From positions 4,000,001 to 4,064,000 of the forward strand of contig OZ245817.1 in NCBI GenBank assembly GCA_965228475.1: 64,000 bases of DNA. The letters run 5' to 3'. The DNA is from Myxococcota bacterium (lineage in GTDB: Bacteria > Myxococcota_A > UBA9160 > JAFDDA01). Of the stretch, positions 9,820 through 18,335 are shown piece by piece. The notes beneath the pieces were generated by a model. The model was not told the origin of the DNA. It ran no database searches and saw only the letters and a list, made by a program, of their open reading frames with translations. Position 1 is the stretch's first letter; each line of letters opens with the position of its first letter. Both the position numbers and the translations under genes were made by a program.

Positions 9820-10437
9820 ATGCGAACGCGGCCCCGACGACTCCCCGCCGGCTTCCTGCTCTGTGCCTTTCTGACCCTCGCCGGGCCCGCCGGACGGGCG
9901 GCCGCCGACGAAGCCCACGTCGCCCGCCGCGAAGCGATCGGCCCCTACCTGGCGGTCCGACTCATGGGTGGCGAAGAGCATCACCTGCTGCTGCCCGTGA
10001 GCGATGCGTGCCTCGCGCTCTCCAAGCCCGAGGGGCGCGTCACCTTCGTCGACCGCGGCTTCCCGGGCCGTCTCGAGCACGGCGACATGCGCTGCGAAGC
10101 TTCGGGCGTGATGGACCTCGCACGCACGCGGGACCGACGCCCCCGGGCGGGGACGCCCTTCGCCCCGCGCAAGACGGCGTTCTGGGAGACGGTCCACCGC
10201 GACGGCCGTCATGCGCTCTTGCGCGGACGCTTCCCGCTCTCGTTTCTCGTCGGCATCGGGGGCGGAGGCGACCTGGTCGCCGTCGTCGCGGACGACGCGG
10301 CGTGCGCCGCGGCCATCGAAGGCGAGCGCGGCTCGCTCGAATTCCGCGACACGGGCGCGCACGCCTTCTTCCTGCGTGCGGGCGAGCAGCGCTGCCCCAT
10401 CCTCGGTTTCGCACGGCCCCCGCCCGGCAAGCCATGA
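9820..10437 (+). CDS. Hypothetical secreted protein with internal duplication
   Basis: Signal peptide; two Cys-paired halves (DAC...RCEA / AAC...RCPI). Confidence 0.6.
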   Translation: MRTRPRRLPAGFLLCAFLTLAGPAGRAAADEAHVARREAIGPYLAVRLMGGEEHHLLLPVSDACLALSKPEGRVTFVDRGFPGRLEHGDMRCEASGVMDLARTRDRRPRAGTPFAPRKTAFWETVHRDGRHALLRGRFPLSFLVGIGGGGDLVAVVADDAACAAAIEGERGSLEFRDTGAHAFFLRAGEQRCPILGFARPPPGKP

Positions 10438-10465
10438 GTCTGGTAGATTTCGCGGCGGAAGCCGC

Positions 10466-11260
10466 ATGCAAGCCTATCTAGACCTGCTCCGACACGTGCT
10501 CGAAAAGGGCGTCGACCGCGACGACCGCACCGGCACCGGCACGCGCAGCGTGTTCGGTTGGCAGATGCGCTTCGATCTCGCCGCCGGCTTCCCGCTCGTC
10601 ACGACCAAGAAGCTGCACATGCGCTCGATCGTCCACGAGCTGCTCTGGTTCCTCTCCGGCGACACCAACGTGCGATATCTCCGCGAGAACGGCGTGAGCA
10701 TCTGGGACGAGTGGGCCGACGAGAACGGCGAGCTCGGCCCGGTCTACGGGCATCAGTGGCGCTCCTGGCCCGCGCCCGAGGGCGGCACCATCGATCAGAT
10801 CCAGGACGTCGTCGATCGCATCCGGCGCGACCCGGATTCCCGCCGCCTGATCGTCTCGGCCTGGAACCCCGCCGACGTCCCGCGCATGGCGCTCCCGCCC
10901 TGCCACGTCCTCTTCCAGTTCTACGTCGCGAACGGGCGCCTCTCGTGTCAGCTGTACCAGCGCAGCGCGGACCTCTTCCTCGGCGTGCCCTTCAACATCG
11001 CCTCCTACGCCCTGCTCACCCAGATGATGGCCCAGGTCTCCGGGCTCGAAGCCGGCGAGTTCATCCACACGCTCGGCGACGCGCATCTCTACCGGAACCA
11101 CTTCGAACAGGCGCAGCGCCAGATCGAGCGCACGCCGCGGGCGCTCCCGCGCATGCGGCTCGATCCGAGCGTCACGTCGATCTTCGACTTCCGCTACGAG
11201 CACTTCGAGCTCGAGGGCTACGACCCGCATCCCCACATCGCCGCTCCCGTCGCGGTATGA
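10466..11260 (+). CDS. thyA: Thymidylate synthase
   Basis: [41 protein letters not shown]. Confidence 0.98.
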   Translation: MQAYLDLLRHVLEKGVDRDDRTGTGTRSVFGWQMRFDLAAGFPLVTTKKLHMRSIVHELLWFLSGDTNVRYLRENGVSIWDEWADENGELGPVYGHQWRSWPAPEGGTIDQIQDVVDRIRRDPDSRRLIVSAWNPADVPRMALPPCHVLFQFYVANGRLSCQLYQRSADLFLGVPFNIASYALLTQMMAQVSGLEAGEFIHTLGDAHLYRNHFEQAQRQIERTPRALPRMRLDPSVTSIFDFRYEHFELEGYDPHPHIAAPVAV

Positions 11261-11270
11261 GCCGGACGTC

Positions 11271-11771
11271 ATGGCTCTCGCGCTGATCGTGGCCTGCGCG
11301 GAGAACCGGGTGATCGGCCGCGACGGCGGCCTGCCCTGGCACCTTCCCGACGACCTCCGCCGCTTCCGCGAGCTGACGACGGGGCACGCCATCGTGATGG
11401 GCCGGCGCACCTGGGAATCGATCGGGCGGCCCCTGCCGAAGCGGCGCAACCTCGTCGTCACGCGCGCGCGGCTCGCCGTCGAAGGCATCGAGACCTTCAC
11501 GAGCTACGCGGCCGCCCGCGATGCGGCGTGCGGAAGCGGCGGCGAGGAGGGCGAAGCCTTCGTGATCGGCGGCGAGCGGCTCTACGCCGAGGCCCTGCCC
11601 GACGCCACGCGGCTCCACCGCACCCTCGTGCACGCCGAGCCCGCGGGCGACGCCTTCTTCCCCGAGGTCGACTGGGCCGAGTGGGAGCGCGTGGACGCCG
11701 AGCCCCACCCCGCCGACGAGCGCCACGAGCACGCGTTCACCTTCGAGACCTGGGAGCGGAGGCCCCGATGA
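11271..11771 (+). CDS. folA: Dihydrofolate reductase
   Basis: VIGRDGGLPWHLPDDL, MGRRTWESIGRPLP, VIGG; directly follows thyA. Confidence 0.96.
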   Translation: MALALIVACAENRVIGRDGGLPWHLPDDLRRFRELTTGHAIVMGRRTWESIGRPLPKRRNLVVTRARLAVEGIETFTSYAAARDAACGSGGEEGEAFVIGGERLYAEALPDATRLHRTLVHAEPAGDAFFPEVDWAEWERVDAEPHPADERHEHAFTFETWERRPR

Positions 11772-12661
11772 GCGCGGCCCAGCCGGAGCTCGGCGACCTG
11801 CTCGTGCGCACGCTCTCGAGCGACGGCGGCGTCACCGTGCGCGCCCTCGTCGCCACCGAACTCGTCCGCGAAGCGGCGGAACGGCACGGCACGAGCCCGA
11901 CGGCGTCGAACGCCCTCGGCCGCGCCCTGGTCGGGACGCTCCTGTTCGCCTCGGGCCAGAGCGAAGAGGAGACGGTGCAGGTCCAGTTCCGCGGCAACGG
12001 CCCCCTCGGCACGGTGACCGTGATCGCGGACGGCGGCGGCCGCGTGCGCGGCTTCGTCCACGACCCGCGCGCCGAGCTCCCGCTCCGCGACGGGAAGCTC
12101 GACGTCTCCGGCGCCATCGGCGAGGGCATCGTCACGGTCGTTCGCAATCACCCGGACTGGCGCGAGCCCTACAGCGGCATCGTCACCATCCAGACCGGAG
12201 AGGTCGCGAGCGATCTCGCGCACTACCTGGCCGAGAGCGAGCAGAAGCCCTCCGTCGTCGCGATCGGCGTCTCCCACGAAGAGGACGGCTCGGTCCGCGC
12301 CGCCGGCGGCTTCCTCGCCCAGGCCCTGCCCGATGCCGACGACGAAACCGTCGCCCGGGTCGACACGGTTGCCCGCGGGCTCCCGCCCGTCACGACGCTC
12401 CTCGACGAAGGGCTCTGCGCCCCCGATCTCGCCGAACTCGTGCTCGCCGGCGTCGGCGCGCGGGAGCTTCACGCCCAGCCGGCCCGCTTCTCCTGCCCGT
12501 GCACGCGCGAGCGCGTGCTCGAGGCGGTGGCTCTGCTCGGCGGCGAGGAGCTCCGCGAGGCCCAGCGCAGCGGCGAGACGATCGAGACGCACTGCCGCTT
12601 CTGCGCCGAGCGCTACCTCGTCGGCGGCGACGAACTCGGCGCCCTCGCCCCGGACGCCTGA
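11768..12661 (+). CDS. hslO: Hsp33 redox-regulated chaperone
   Basis: ALGRAL, GNGPLG, PYSGIV, AGGFLAQALP; C-terminal CPC...CRFC zinc site. Confidence 0.93.
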   Translation: MSAAQPELGDLLVRTLSSDGGVTVRALVATELVREAAERHGTSPTASNALGRALVGTLLFASGQSEEETVQVQFRGNGPLGTVTVIADGGGRVRGFVHDPRAELPLRDGKLDVSGAIGEGIVTVVRNHPDWREPYSGIVTIQTGEVASDLAHYLAESEQKPSVVAIGVSHEEDGSVRAAGGFLAQALPDADDETVARVDTVARGLPPVTTLLDEGLCAPDLAELVLAGVGARELHAQPARFSCPCTRERVLEAVALLGGEELREAQRSGETIETHCRFCAERYLVGGDELGALAPDA

Positions 12662-12730
12662 CCGGCCCGGCGCAGCACCGCGGCTGCAGCCGCAGCGCTC
12701 CACCTCGCCCGGGGGTGATACGATGGCGGC

Positions 12731-13198
12731 GTGTCCAAGGACGCCGACCACCCTGCCCCGCGGAGCGCACCGCCCCCCGCCCTGACGGAGGACTTCGGCG
12801 AAGACCGCGAGACCGTCGTCGCCCTGTTCGGCGATTCGGCGCGCTCGGGGAGCTGGCTCCCGCCGGAGCGGCTGAACGCCGTGGCCGGCTTCGGCAACGT
12901 GAAGCTCGACTTCACCCTCGCCGACCTCCCGCCGGGCCCCACCGAGATCCAGGGCTTCGCCGTCTTCGGCAACGTCGAGATCCTCGTGCCGCCCCACGTC
13001 GACGTCGAGCAGAGCGGCATCTCGATTTTCGGCAAGGTCACCCACCGGAGCTCGCGCAAGGCCGGGAAGAAGCTCCTGCACCGCGTGCTCGGCACGCCGG
13101 AGGCCGCCCTGCCCCCGGAAGACGGAGAAGAGCGCTGGCTCGTCGTACGCGGCTGGGCGGTGTTCGGGAACCTGCGCGTGACGGTGGTCGAATCGTGA
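12731..13198 (+). CDS. LiaF-C/DUF2154-like (DUF1707-associated) beta-helix protein
   Basis: Repeated AxFGxVxLD / AVFGNVEILVP / SIFG motifs. Confidence 0.65.
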   Translation: MSKDADHPAPRSAPPPALTEDFGEDRETVVALFGDSARSGSWLPPERLNAVAGFGNVKLDFTLADLPPGPTEIQGFAVFGNVEILVPPHVDVEQSGISIFGKVTHRSSRKAGKKLLHRVLGTPEAALPPEDGEERWLVVRGWAVFGNLRVTVVES

Positions 13199-13719
13199 GC
13201 CGGCGCTTCGGGCCGATCCGACAGAACGGCTACGTCGTGCGCGACATCGAGCGCGCGCTCGCGCACTGGACCGAAGAGCTCGGCGTGGGCCCCTTCTTCT
13301 ACTTCGAACGCGTGCCGATCGAGGACTTCCGCTATCGCGGAGAGCCCTCGGACGTCGAGGTCTCGATCGCCCTCGCGAACTGGGGAGACCTGCAGATCGA
13401 ACTCATCGAACAGCGCAACGACGCGCCCTCGATGTACCGGGACTTCCTCGCCGCCGGCCACGAAGGGCTCCAGCACGTCGCGTGCTGGTACGAGGACCTC
13501 GACCCCGTCTTCGAGCGCCTCGCCGCCGAGGGCACACGCATCGGCCAGCAGGGGAACATCGGCGAGCGTGGCCGCTTCGCGTACCTCGAGACCGAGGCCC
13601 ACCCGGGAACGATCGTCGAGGTCTCCGAGGTCGGAGGGGGCAAGGGGCGGTTCTTCGAGCACATCCGCCGCTGTGCCGCCGAGTGGGACGGGAGCGAGCC
13701 GATCCGCCCCGTCGGGTAG
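13195..13719 (+). CDS. VOC/glyoxalase family protein
   Basis: IRQNGYVVRDIE, QIELIEQ, GLQHVA, IVEV; GTGA overlap with upstream gene. Confidence 0.85.
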   Translation: MSRRFGPIRQNGYVVRDIERALAHWTEELGVGPFFYFERVPIEDFRYRGEPSDVEVSIALANWGDLQIELIEQRNDAPSMYRDFLAAGHEGLQHVACWYEDLDPVFERLAAEGTRIGQQGNIGERGRFAYLETEAHPGTIVEVSEVGGGKGRFFEHIRRCAAEWDGSEPIRPVG

Positions 13720-13755
13720 CTCCGACGCGGACCTCAGGCCCCTCCGACGCGGCCT

Positions 13756-14331
13756 TCAGGCCCGGAAGGCCGTCTCGAGGACCTTGTAGACCTGCTCTTC
13801 CTCGCGGGAGACCTTGTTCCCGATCCCGAGGAACCCGCCGGCCGCCTCGGCGACGTCGCGCGCGCGGGAAAGGACGTCGCGCTTGAGGGCCTTGCGCTGG
13901 TCCGGCTCCATCTCCTCGCACAGCACGCCCACGTACTCGCGCCAGGCGGCCAGGAGCCGCGGCGGCGGCCGGTGATCGAGCCAGTCCGCGAGCATCGTTC
14001 CCGAGGGCGAGTCCGGCGTGAGCCCCTGGGCATCCGCGGCCTTCTGGATCGCGGCGCGCTCCTTCTCGTCCACCTCGCCGTCGGCCCAGGCCACCTCGAC
14101 GAGCGGCACGATCGTCATCGCCGTCAGGGTCTCGGCGTTGATCCCGAGCTCGACGAGCTTGTCGAGGACCGCTTCGTCGTGGATGCCCGAGGCCGCCCCC
14201 AGCTCCGCCTTCGCTTCGGTCGTCATCTTCTTCTGCCGCAGCTCCGCCGCCAGCCGCTCGTTCTCCTTGCGGAAGAACTCCTCTTCGAGCGCCTGCCGGC
14301 GATCCTTCAACACACCACCGTCCTTGGACAT
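13756..14331 (-). CDS. Hypothetical TerB-like protein with charged N-terminal helix
   Basis: VEVAWADGEVDEKERAAI and VAEAAGGFLGIGNKVSREE, typical of TerB-like folds; GAGGAGG SD. Confidence 0.7.
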   Translation of the reverse strand: MSKDGGVLKDRRQALEEEFFRKENERLAAELRQKKMTTEAKAELGAASGIHDEAVLDKLVELGINAETLTAMTIVPLVEVAWADGEVDEKERAAIQKAADAQGLTPDSPSGTMLADWLDHRPPPRLLAAWREYVGVLCEEMEPDQRKALKRDVLSRARDVAEAAGGFLGIGNKVSREEEQVYKVLETAFRA

Positions 14332-14546
14332 CGAAACGCGCACCTCCTCTTGGGACGAGCATAACCGGGCACACCGCCGGGGAAAGCGAGCGCGGAACGG
14401 TGGCATTTCACCCCGAAACTGGGAACCGCACGGCCGGAGCTGCGCCTCAGGCGTCATTTTCTGCCGACCGCGTCCGCAAGGAACGTTAGGATCGCCGCTG
14501 TTGGCCGCGTTTCGCGCCAACGCCATGAGAGGAAAAGGGGGTCGAA

Positions 14547-14735
14547 ATGGCGGAAGACGTGCTGGTCGTGGCTTCGAAGCTCAAGGGCTACATCCGCGAC
14601 AAGTCCGGAATGAACACCTCGGCCTCGGTCCTGACGGCCTTGTCGGACCGGATCCGTGAGCTTTGCGATCAGGCCATCGAGAATGCCCGGAACGACGGCC
14701 GCAAGACCGTCAAGGATCGCGACTTCGGCGGCTGA
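14547..14735 (+). CDS. Bacterial histone-fold protein (Bd0055-like)
   Basis: 62 aa: LVVASKLKGYI...MNTSA...AIENARNDGRKTVKDRDF; RKTVxxxD loop-2/helix-3 histone signature; AGGGGG SD. Confidence 0.88.
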   Translation: MAEDVLVVASKLKGYIRDKSGMNTSASVLTALSDRIRELCDQAIENARNDGRKTVKDRDFGG

Positions 14736-14815
14736 GCTCGCTCGACGAGACGGGGCGCGTGGGGTCTCCCACGCCGTCCCGGGCTCGCCTCCCCTGCGCC
14801 CGCCGAGAATCCACG

Positions 14816-15568
14816 ATGCAGCTCCTTTCGGGCGCCCGCGCCGTCTTCTTCGACCTCTTCGACACGCTCATCCAGATCGATGAAGCGCGCCTGCCGCCCC
14901 TCAAGGTCGCGGGACGGCGTCTGCGCAGCACCGTTCCGATCCTCTACGAAGATCACGTGGCCGAACGCGGCATCGCGCGCGAGCGCTTCGTGGAAGCCCT
15001 GCGCGACACGATGATCGAGATCGGGCAGGAGAAGAAGCGCAACACCGACGAGGTGCCGGCGCTGGTGCGCTGGCAGCGCGTGGTCGCGCGGCTCGAGTTC
15101 GAAGACGGCGACGGCGGCGAAGCGCTCGCACACACCTTGACCGAACGCCACGCGCGCACCCTGGCCGAGGCGGCCATCCCGGTGCCCCGGGCACGCGAGG
15201 TGCTCTCGGCGGTTCGCGACCGCGGGCTCGACGTCGCCCTGATCTCGAACTTCGACCACACGCCCGCTGCGGACTGGATCCTCGAGGGCACCGGCCTCGC
15301 GGACCTGATCGAAAAGCGCGTGATCTCCGAGGCCGTCGGCGTCCGCAAGCCCGACGAACGCATCTTCCGGGAAGCGCTCGACCACTTCGAACACGAGCCG
15401 GCCGCCTGCGTCCACGTGGGCGACCAGGCCCGCGCGGACGCCTGGGGCGCGGGGCAGCTCGGGCTGCGCGGCGTCTGGATCAACCGTCACGAAGAGCCCT
15501 ATGCCGAAGAGGGCCCGCCGCCGGCGCTGGTGATCTCGCGCCTCGCCGACCTGCTCCAGCACTTCTAG
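14816..15568 (+). CDS. HAD-superfamily hydrolase
   Basis: FFDLFDTL, LISNF, KPDERIF, HVGDQARADAWGA. Confidence 0.9.
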   Translation: MQLLSGARAVFFDLFDTLIQIDEARLPPLKVAGRRLRSTVPILYEDHVAERGIARERFVEALRDTMIEIGQEKKRNTDEVPALVRWQRVVARLEFEDGDGGEALAHTLTERHARTLAEAAIPVPRAREVLSAVRDRGLDVALISNFDHTPAADWILEGTGLADLIEKRVISEAVGVRKPDERIFREALDHFEHEPAACVHVGDQARADAWGAGQLGLRGVWINRHEEPYAEEGPPPALVISRLADLLQHF

Positions 15569-15577
15569 CGGGAACCG

Positions 15578-16066
15578 CTAGGAGAAGATCGCCTCGTACT
15601 CGATGGCGACGATCACGTAGGTGGCGTCGCCCTTCGGCCGCTTCACGGTGACCTCGTCGTCGAGCCGTTTGCCGAGCAGCGCGCGGCCCATGGGCGAGTC
15701 CATGCTGATCTTCTTCTCCGAAGCGTTCGACTCGTCGGGGCCGACCAGCCGGTAGCGCTCCTCTTCGCCGGATTCCGCCTCGAGGGTGACCCAGGCGCCG
15801 AAGAAGACGCGCTCGGGGTCACCGGGCGCCTGGCTCACGACCTCGAGGGACTCGAGACGACCGTTCAGGAAGCGGAGCCGCGAATCGATCTCCCGCAGCC
15901 GCTTCTTGCCGTAGATGTACTCGGCGTTCTCCGAGCGGTCGCCCTGGGCCGCGGCGTCCGAGACCTCGCGGGTCACGCGCGGCCGCTCGACCCGCCACAG
16001 GTGTTCCGCTTCCTCACGCAGCTTCTCGTAGCCCTCGGGCGTGATGTAACGCTTGCGGTCCGCCAC
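15578..16066 (-). CDS. greB: Transcription elongation factor GreB
   Basis: YITPEG, AAAQGDRSENAEYIYGKKRLREIDSR, ISMDSPMGRALLGK. Confidence 0.96.
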   Translation of the reverse strand: MADRKRYITPEGYEKLREEAEHLWRVERPRVTREVSDAAAQGDRSENAEYIYGKKRLREIDSRLRFLNGRLESLEVVSQAPGDPERVFFGAWVTLEAESGEEERYRLVGPDESNASEKKISMDSPMGRALLGKRLDDEVTVKRPKGDATYVIVAIEYEAIFS

Positions 16067-16109
16067 CGCGGTTGGATAGCAAACGGGGCATGGAGAAGTT
16101 CTTCCGGCC

Positions 16110-16847
16110 ATGACCAGCGGACTCGACGGGAGGCAGCGGGCCGGGGTCGGCGCCATCGAGGCGGCGCTCGACGGGGGGGAGCCCGTCACGCAGCTCCTGG
16201 TCGCGCGCGACACGGAGCGCGCGGACGTGCTGGCCCTGTGCGAGCGGGCACGGACGGCCGGGATCCCGGTCCGGCCCGCGAGCGCGGGAGACCTTCGGCG
16301 CCTGTCGCAGACGGACCCGCCCGAAGAAGTGCTGGCCCTGCTCGAGCGGCAGCCCGACGCGACGGCCGAAGCCGTCTTCGAGCGCGGCGGCGCGACGTGG
16401 CTGCTCGTCGGCGCGGCCTACCCGGGCAACGTCGGGGCGGTCCTGCGAACGGTCGAGGTCGCCGGCGCCGAAGCCGCCTTCGTGGATGCGGAGCTCGACC
16501 GGGCGGGCCGCCGCGCCGCGCTGCGCACCTCCATGAACGCCGAGCGCTTCATGCCCGTCTTCTGGCGCGGGGCCGAGGAGGTGATCGGCCTCGCCCGCGG
16601 CGCCGGGCACGCCGTCCTCGCCATCGAGGACGTCGGCGACGCCGCCCCGTGGCAGCTCGACCTCACGAGGCCGACGCTCTTCCTCGCCGGCGGCGAGGAC
16701 GCGAGCCTCCCGCCGGACCTGCTCGCGCGCTGCGACCGGGTCCTGCGGCTTCCGATGCGCGGCTTCATCCCCTGCTACAACCTGCAGGCCGCCGTCGCCG
16801 CGGTCGCCGGCGAGCGCCTCCGGCAGCTCGAGACGGGCGCGCCCTAG
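16110..16847 (+). CDS. TrmH/SpoU family RNA methyltransferase
   Basis: PGNVGAVLRT, GGEDASL, LPMRGFIPCYNL (SPOUT motifs). Confidence 0.85.
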   Translation: MTSGLDGRQRAGVGAIEAALDGGEPVTQLLVARDTERADVLALCERARTAGIPVRPASAGDLRRLSQTDPPEEVLALLERQPDATAEAVFERGGATWLLVGAAYPGNVGAVLRTVEVAGAEAAFVDAELDRAGRRAALRTSMNAERFMPVFWRGAEEVIGLARGAGHAVLAIEDVGDAAPWQLDLTRPTLFLAGGEDASLPPDLLARCDRVLRLPMRGFIPCYNLQAAVAAVAGERLRQLETGAP

Positions 16848-17009
16848 CCCCGAAAAGCGCTGGTTTCGCGGCAGGTTCGGGCCCTCCGGGCGTTTTACCG
16901 AAGTTTGACACGGAAACGCTCGCAGCGGCCGAGCGACTCCTTATCTTGCCGCCGTTCCGCGCCCCCGCCCGAGCGTGGGGGAACCCACGGCAAGCACGAG
17001 GAGTTCGCC

Positions 17010-17909
17010 ATGTCGGCCCAGCCGATCGAGACCGCCCAGGAAGTCGAATCCCACTCCGAGGCCGACGGCCGCTGGCGGGACATGCCGTGGATCCCGACGG
17101 TGCTCTACTGGGGCATCCACGTGCTGGCGCTCGGCGTCTTCTTCGTCGGCCCGAGCGCCGCGGATCTCGCGCTGTTCGCGCTGTGCTTCTGGCCGCGCAT
17201 CTTCTTCATCACGGGCGGCTACCACCGCTACTTCTCGCACAAGACCTACAAGACGAGCCGGCCCTTCCAGGCCTTCCTCGCCTTCATGGGAACGACCTGC
17301 GTGCAGAAGGGGCCGCTGTGGTGGGCGTCCCTGCACCGCCACCACCACAAGCACTCGGATCAGCCCGACGACGTGCACCCGCCGCACAAGGGCTTCTGGT
17401 ATGCGCACCAGTCCTGGATCGAGGACCCGAAGTGGCTCGCCACGCGCCTCGAGTACGTTCCGGACCTCGCGAAGTACCCGGAGCTCCAGTTCCTGAACAA
17501 GTATCACGTGGTGGGCCCGATCGCGTTGATCGCCTTCTGCGTGGCCGTTGGCGGATGGTCGGGCTTCCTCTGGGGCTTCTGCCTCTCCACGACCCTGCTC
17601 TGGCACTCGACCTACACGATCAACTCCCTCTCCCACCGCTGGGGCCGCGTCCGCTACGAGACCGGCGACGACAGCAGGAACAACTGGGTGCTCGCGCTGC
17701 TCACGCTCGGCGAGGGCTGGCACAACAACCACCACCGCTACCAGGCCGCGGCCCGCAACGGCTTCTACTGGTGGGAGGTGGACATCACGTACTACGCGCT
17801 GCTCGGGCTCGAGAAGGTGGGGTTGGTCTGGGACCTGCGGCAGCCGCCGGCTTCGGTTCTTGCGGAGGGGCGGGGTGAGGCGCCGGCTTCTCTGCGGAAG
17901 GCTGCGTGA
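17010..17909 (+). CDS. Acyl-CoA / delta-9 fatty acid desaturase
   Basis: His boxes GYHRYFSH, HRHHH, GEGWHNNHH; GAGGAG SD. Confidence 0.95.
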   Translation: MSAQPIETAQEVESHSEADGRWRDMPWIPTVLYWGIHVLALGVFFVGPSAADLALFALCFWPRIFFITGGYHRYFSHKTYKTSRPFQAFLAFMGTTCVQKGPLWWASLHRHHHKHSDQPDDVHPPHKGFWYAHQSWIEDPKWLATRLEYVPDLAKYPELQFLNKYHVVGPIALIAFCVAVGGWSGFLWGFCLSTTLLWHSTYTINSLSHRWGRVRYETGDDSRNNWVLALLTLGEGWHNNHHRYQAAARNGFYWWEVDITYYALLGLEKVGLVWDLRQPPASVLAEGRGEAPASLRKAA

Positions 17910-17920
17910 TCCTCTGCTCG

Positions 17921-18279
17921 CGCGGGGCGTCGAGGGCGGGAAGGGGTTCCGCTCATGGCTCGCCCTGCCGAACATCGGAGCCCCATGAACAGCCGAGTGC
18001 GGGCTGCGCTTTACTTCGCTGAACCCCTTCCCGCCCTCGCCGCCCCGCGGTTTGGGTGGCTCTCTGGACGGACTATTTGAAACACAGAAACGCCGGCGCA
18101 AAGCGCCGGCGTTTCTGTTTTAGCCACCCCGTGGGCGGTGAGGTACTCACGGCTTCGATCGCGGGCGGGGAGGGGTGGGGTTCGGCGAAGTAAAGCGCAG
18201 CCCGGACTCCGCAACCCCAGACATCCCCGATGCCCGGCCGGGCGAGCCATGAGCCGAACCCCACCCCTCCCCGCCCGCG
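17921..18279. repeat. Nested palindromic element: two inverted copies of a ~125-bp self-complementary unit around a central hairpin
   Basis: 17921-17949 pairs with 18021-18049; 18160-18186 pairs with 18253-18279; 18001-18027 is nearly the reverse complement of 18177-18203; perfect central hairpin at 18084-18118. Confidence 0.8.
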
Positions 18280-18292
18280 CGCGCCGCCTCTC

Positions 18293-18326
18293 CTGACACC
18301 ACGCCGTCAGCAACATCGCCTATTCT
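18293..18326 (+). promoter_or_regulatory. uvrA promoter candidate: CTGAC-N8-GTCAG-N10-TATTCT
   Basis: Palindrome at 18293-18310, -10-like hexamer at 18321-18326, ATG at 18336, no SD. Confidence 0.5.
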
Positions 18327-18335
18327 GAGCCGTCC

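Noticed and set aside
17921..18279. CRISPR array
   Set aside because: Repeats are inverted, only two units, no spacer periodicity and no cas genes
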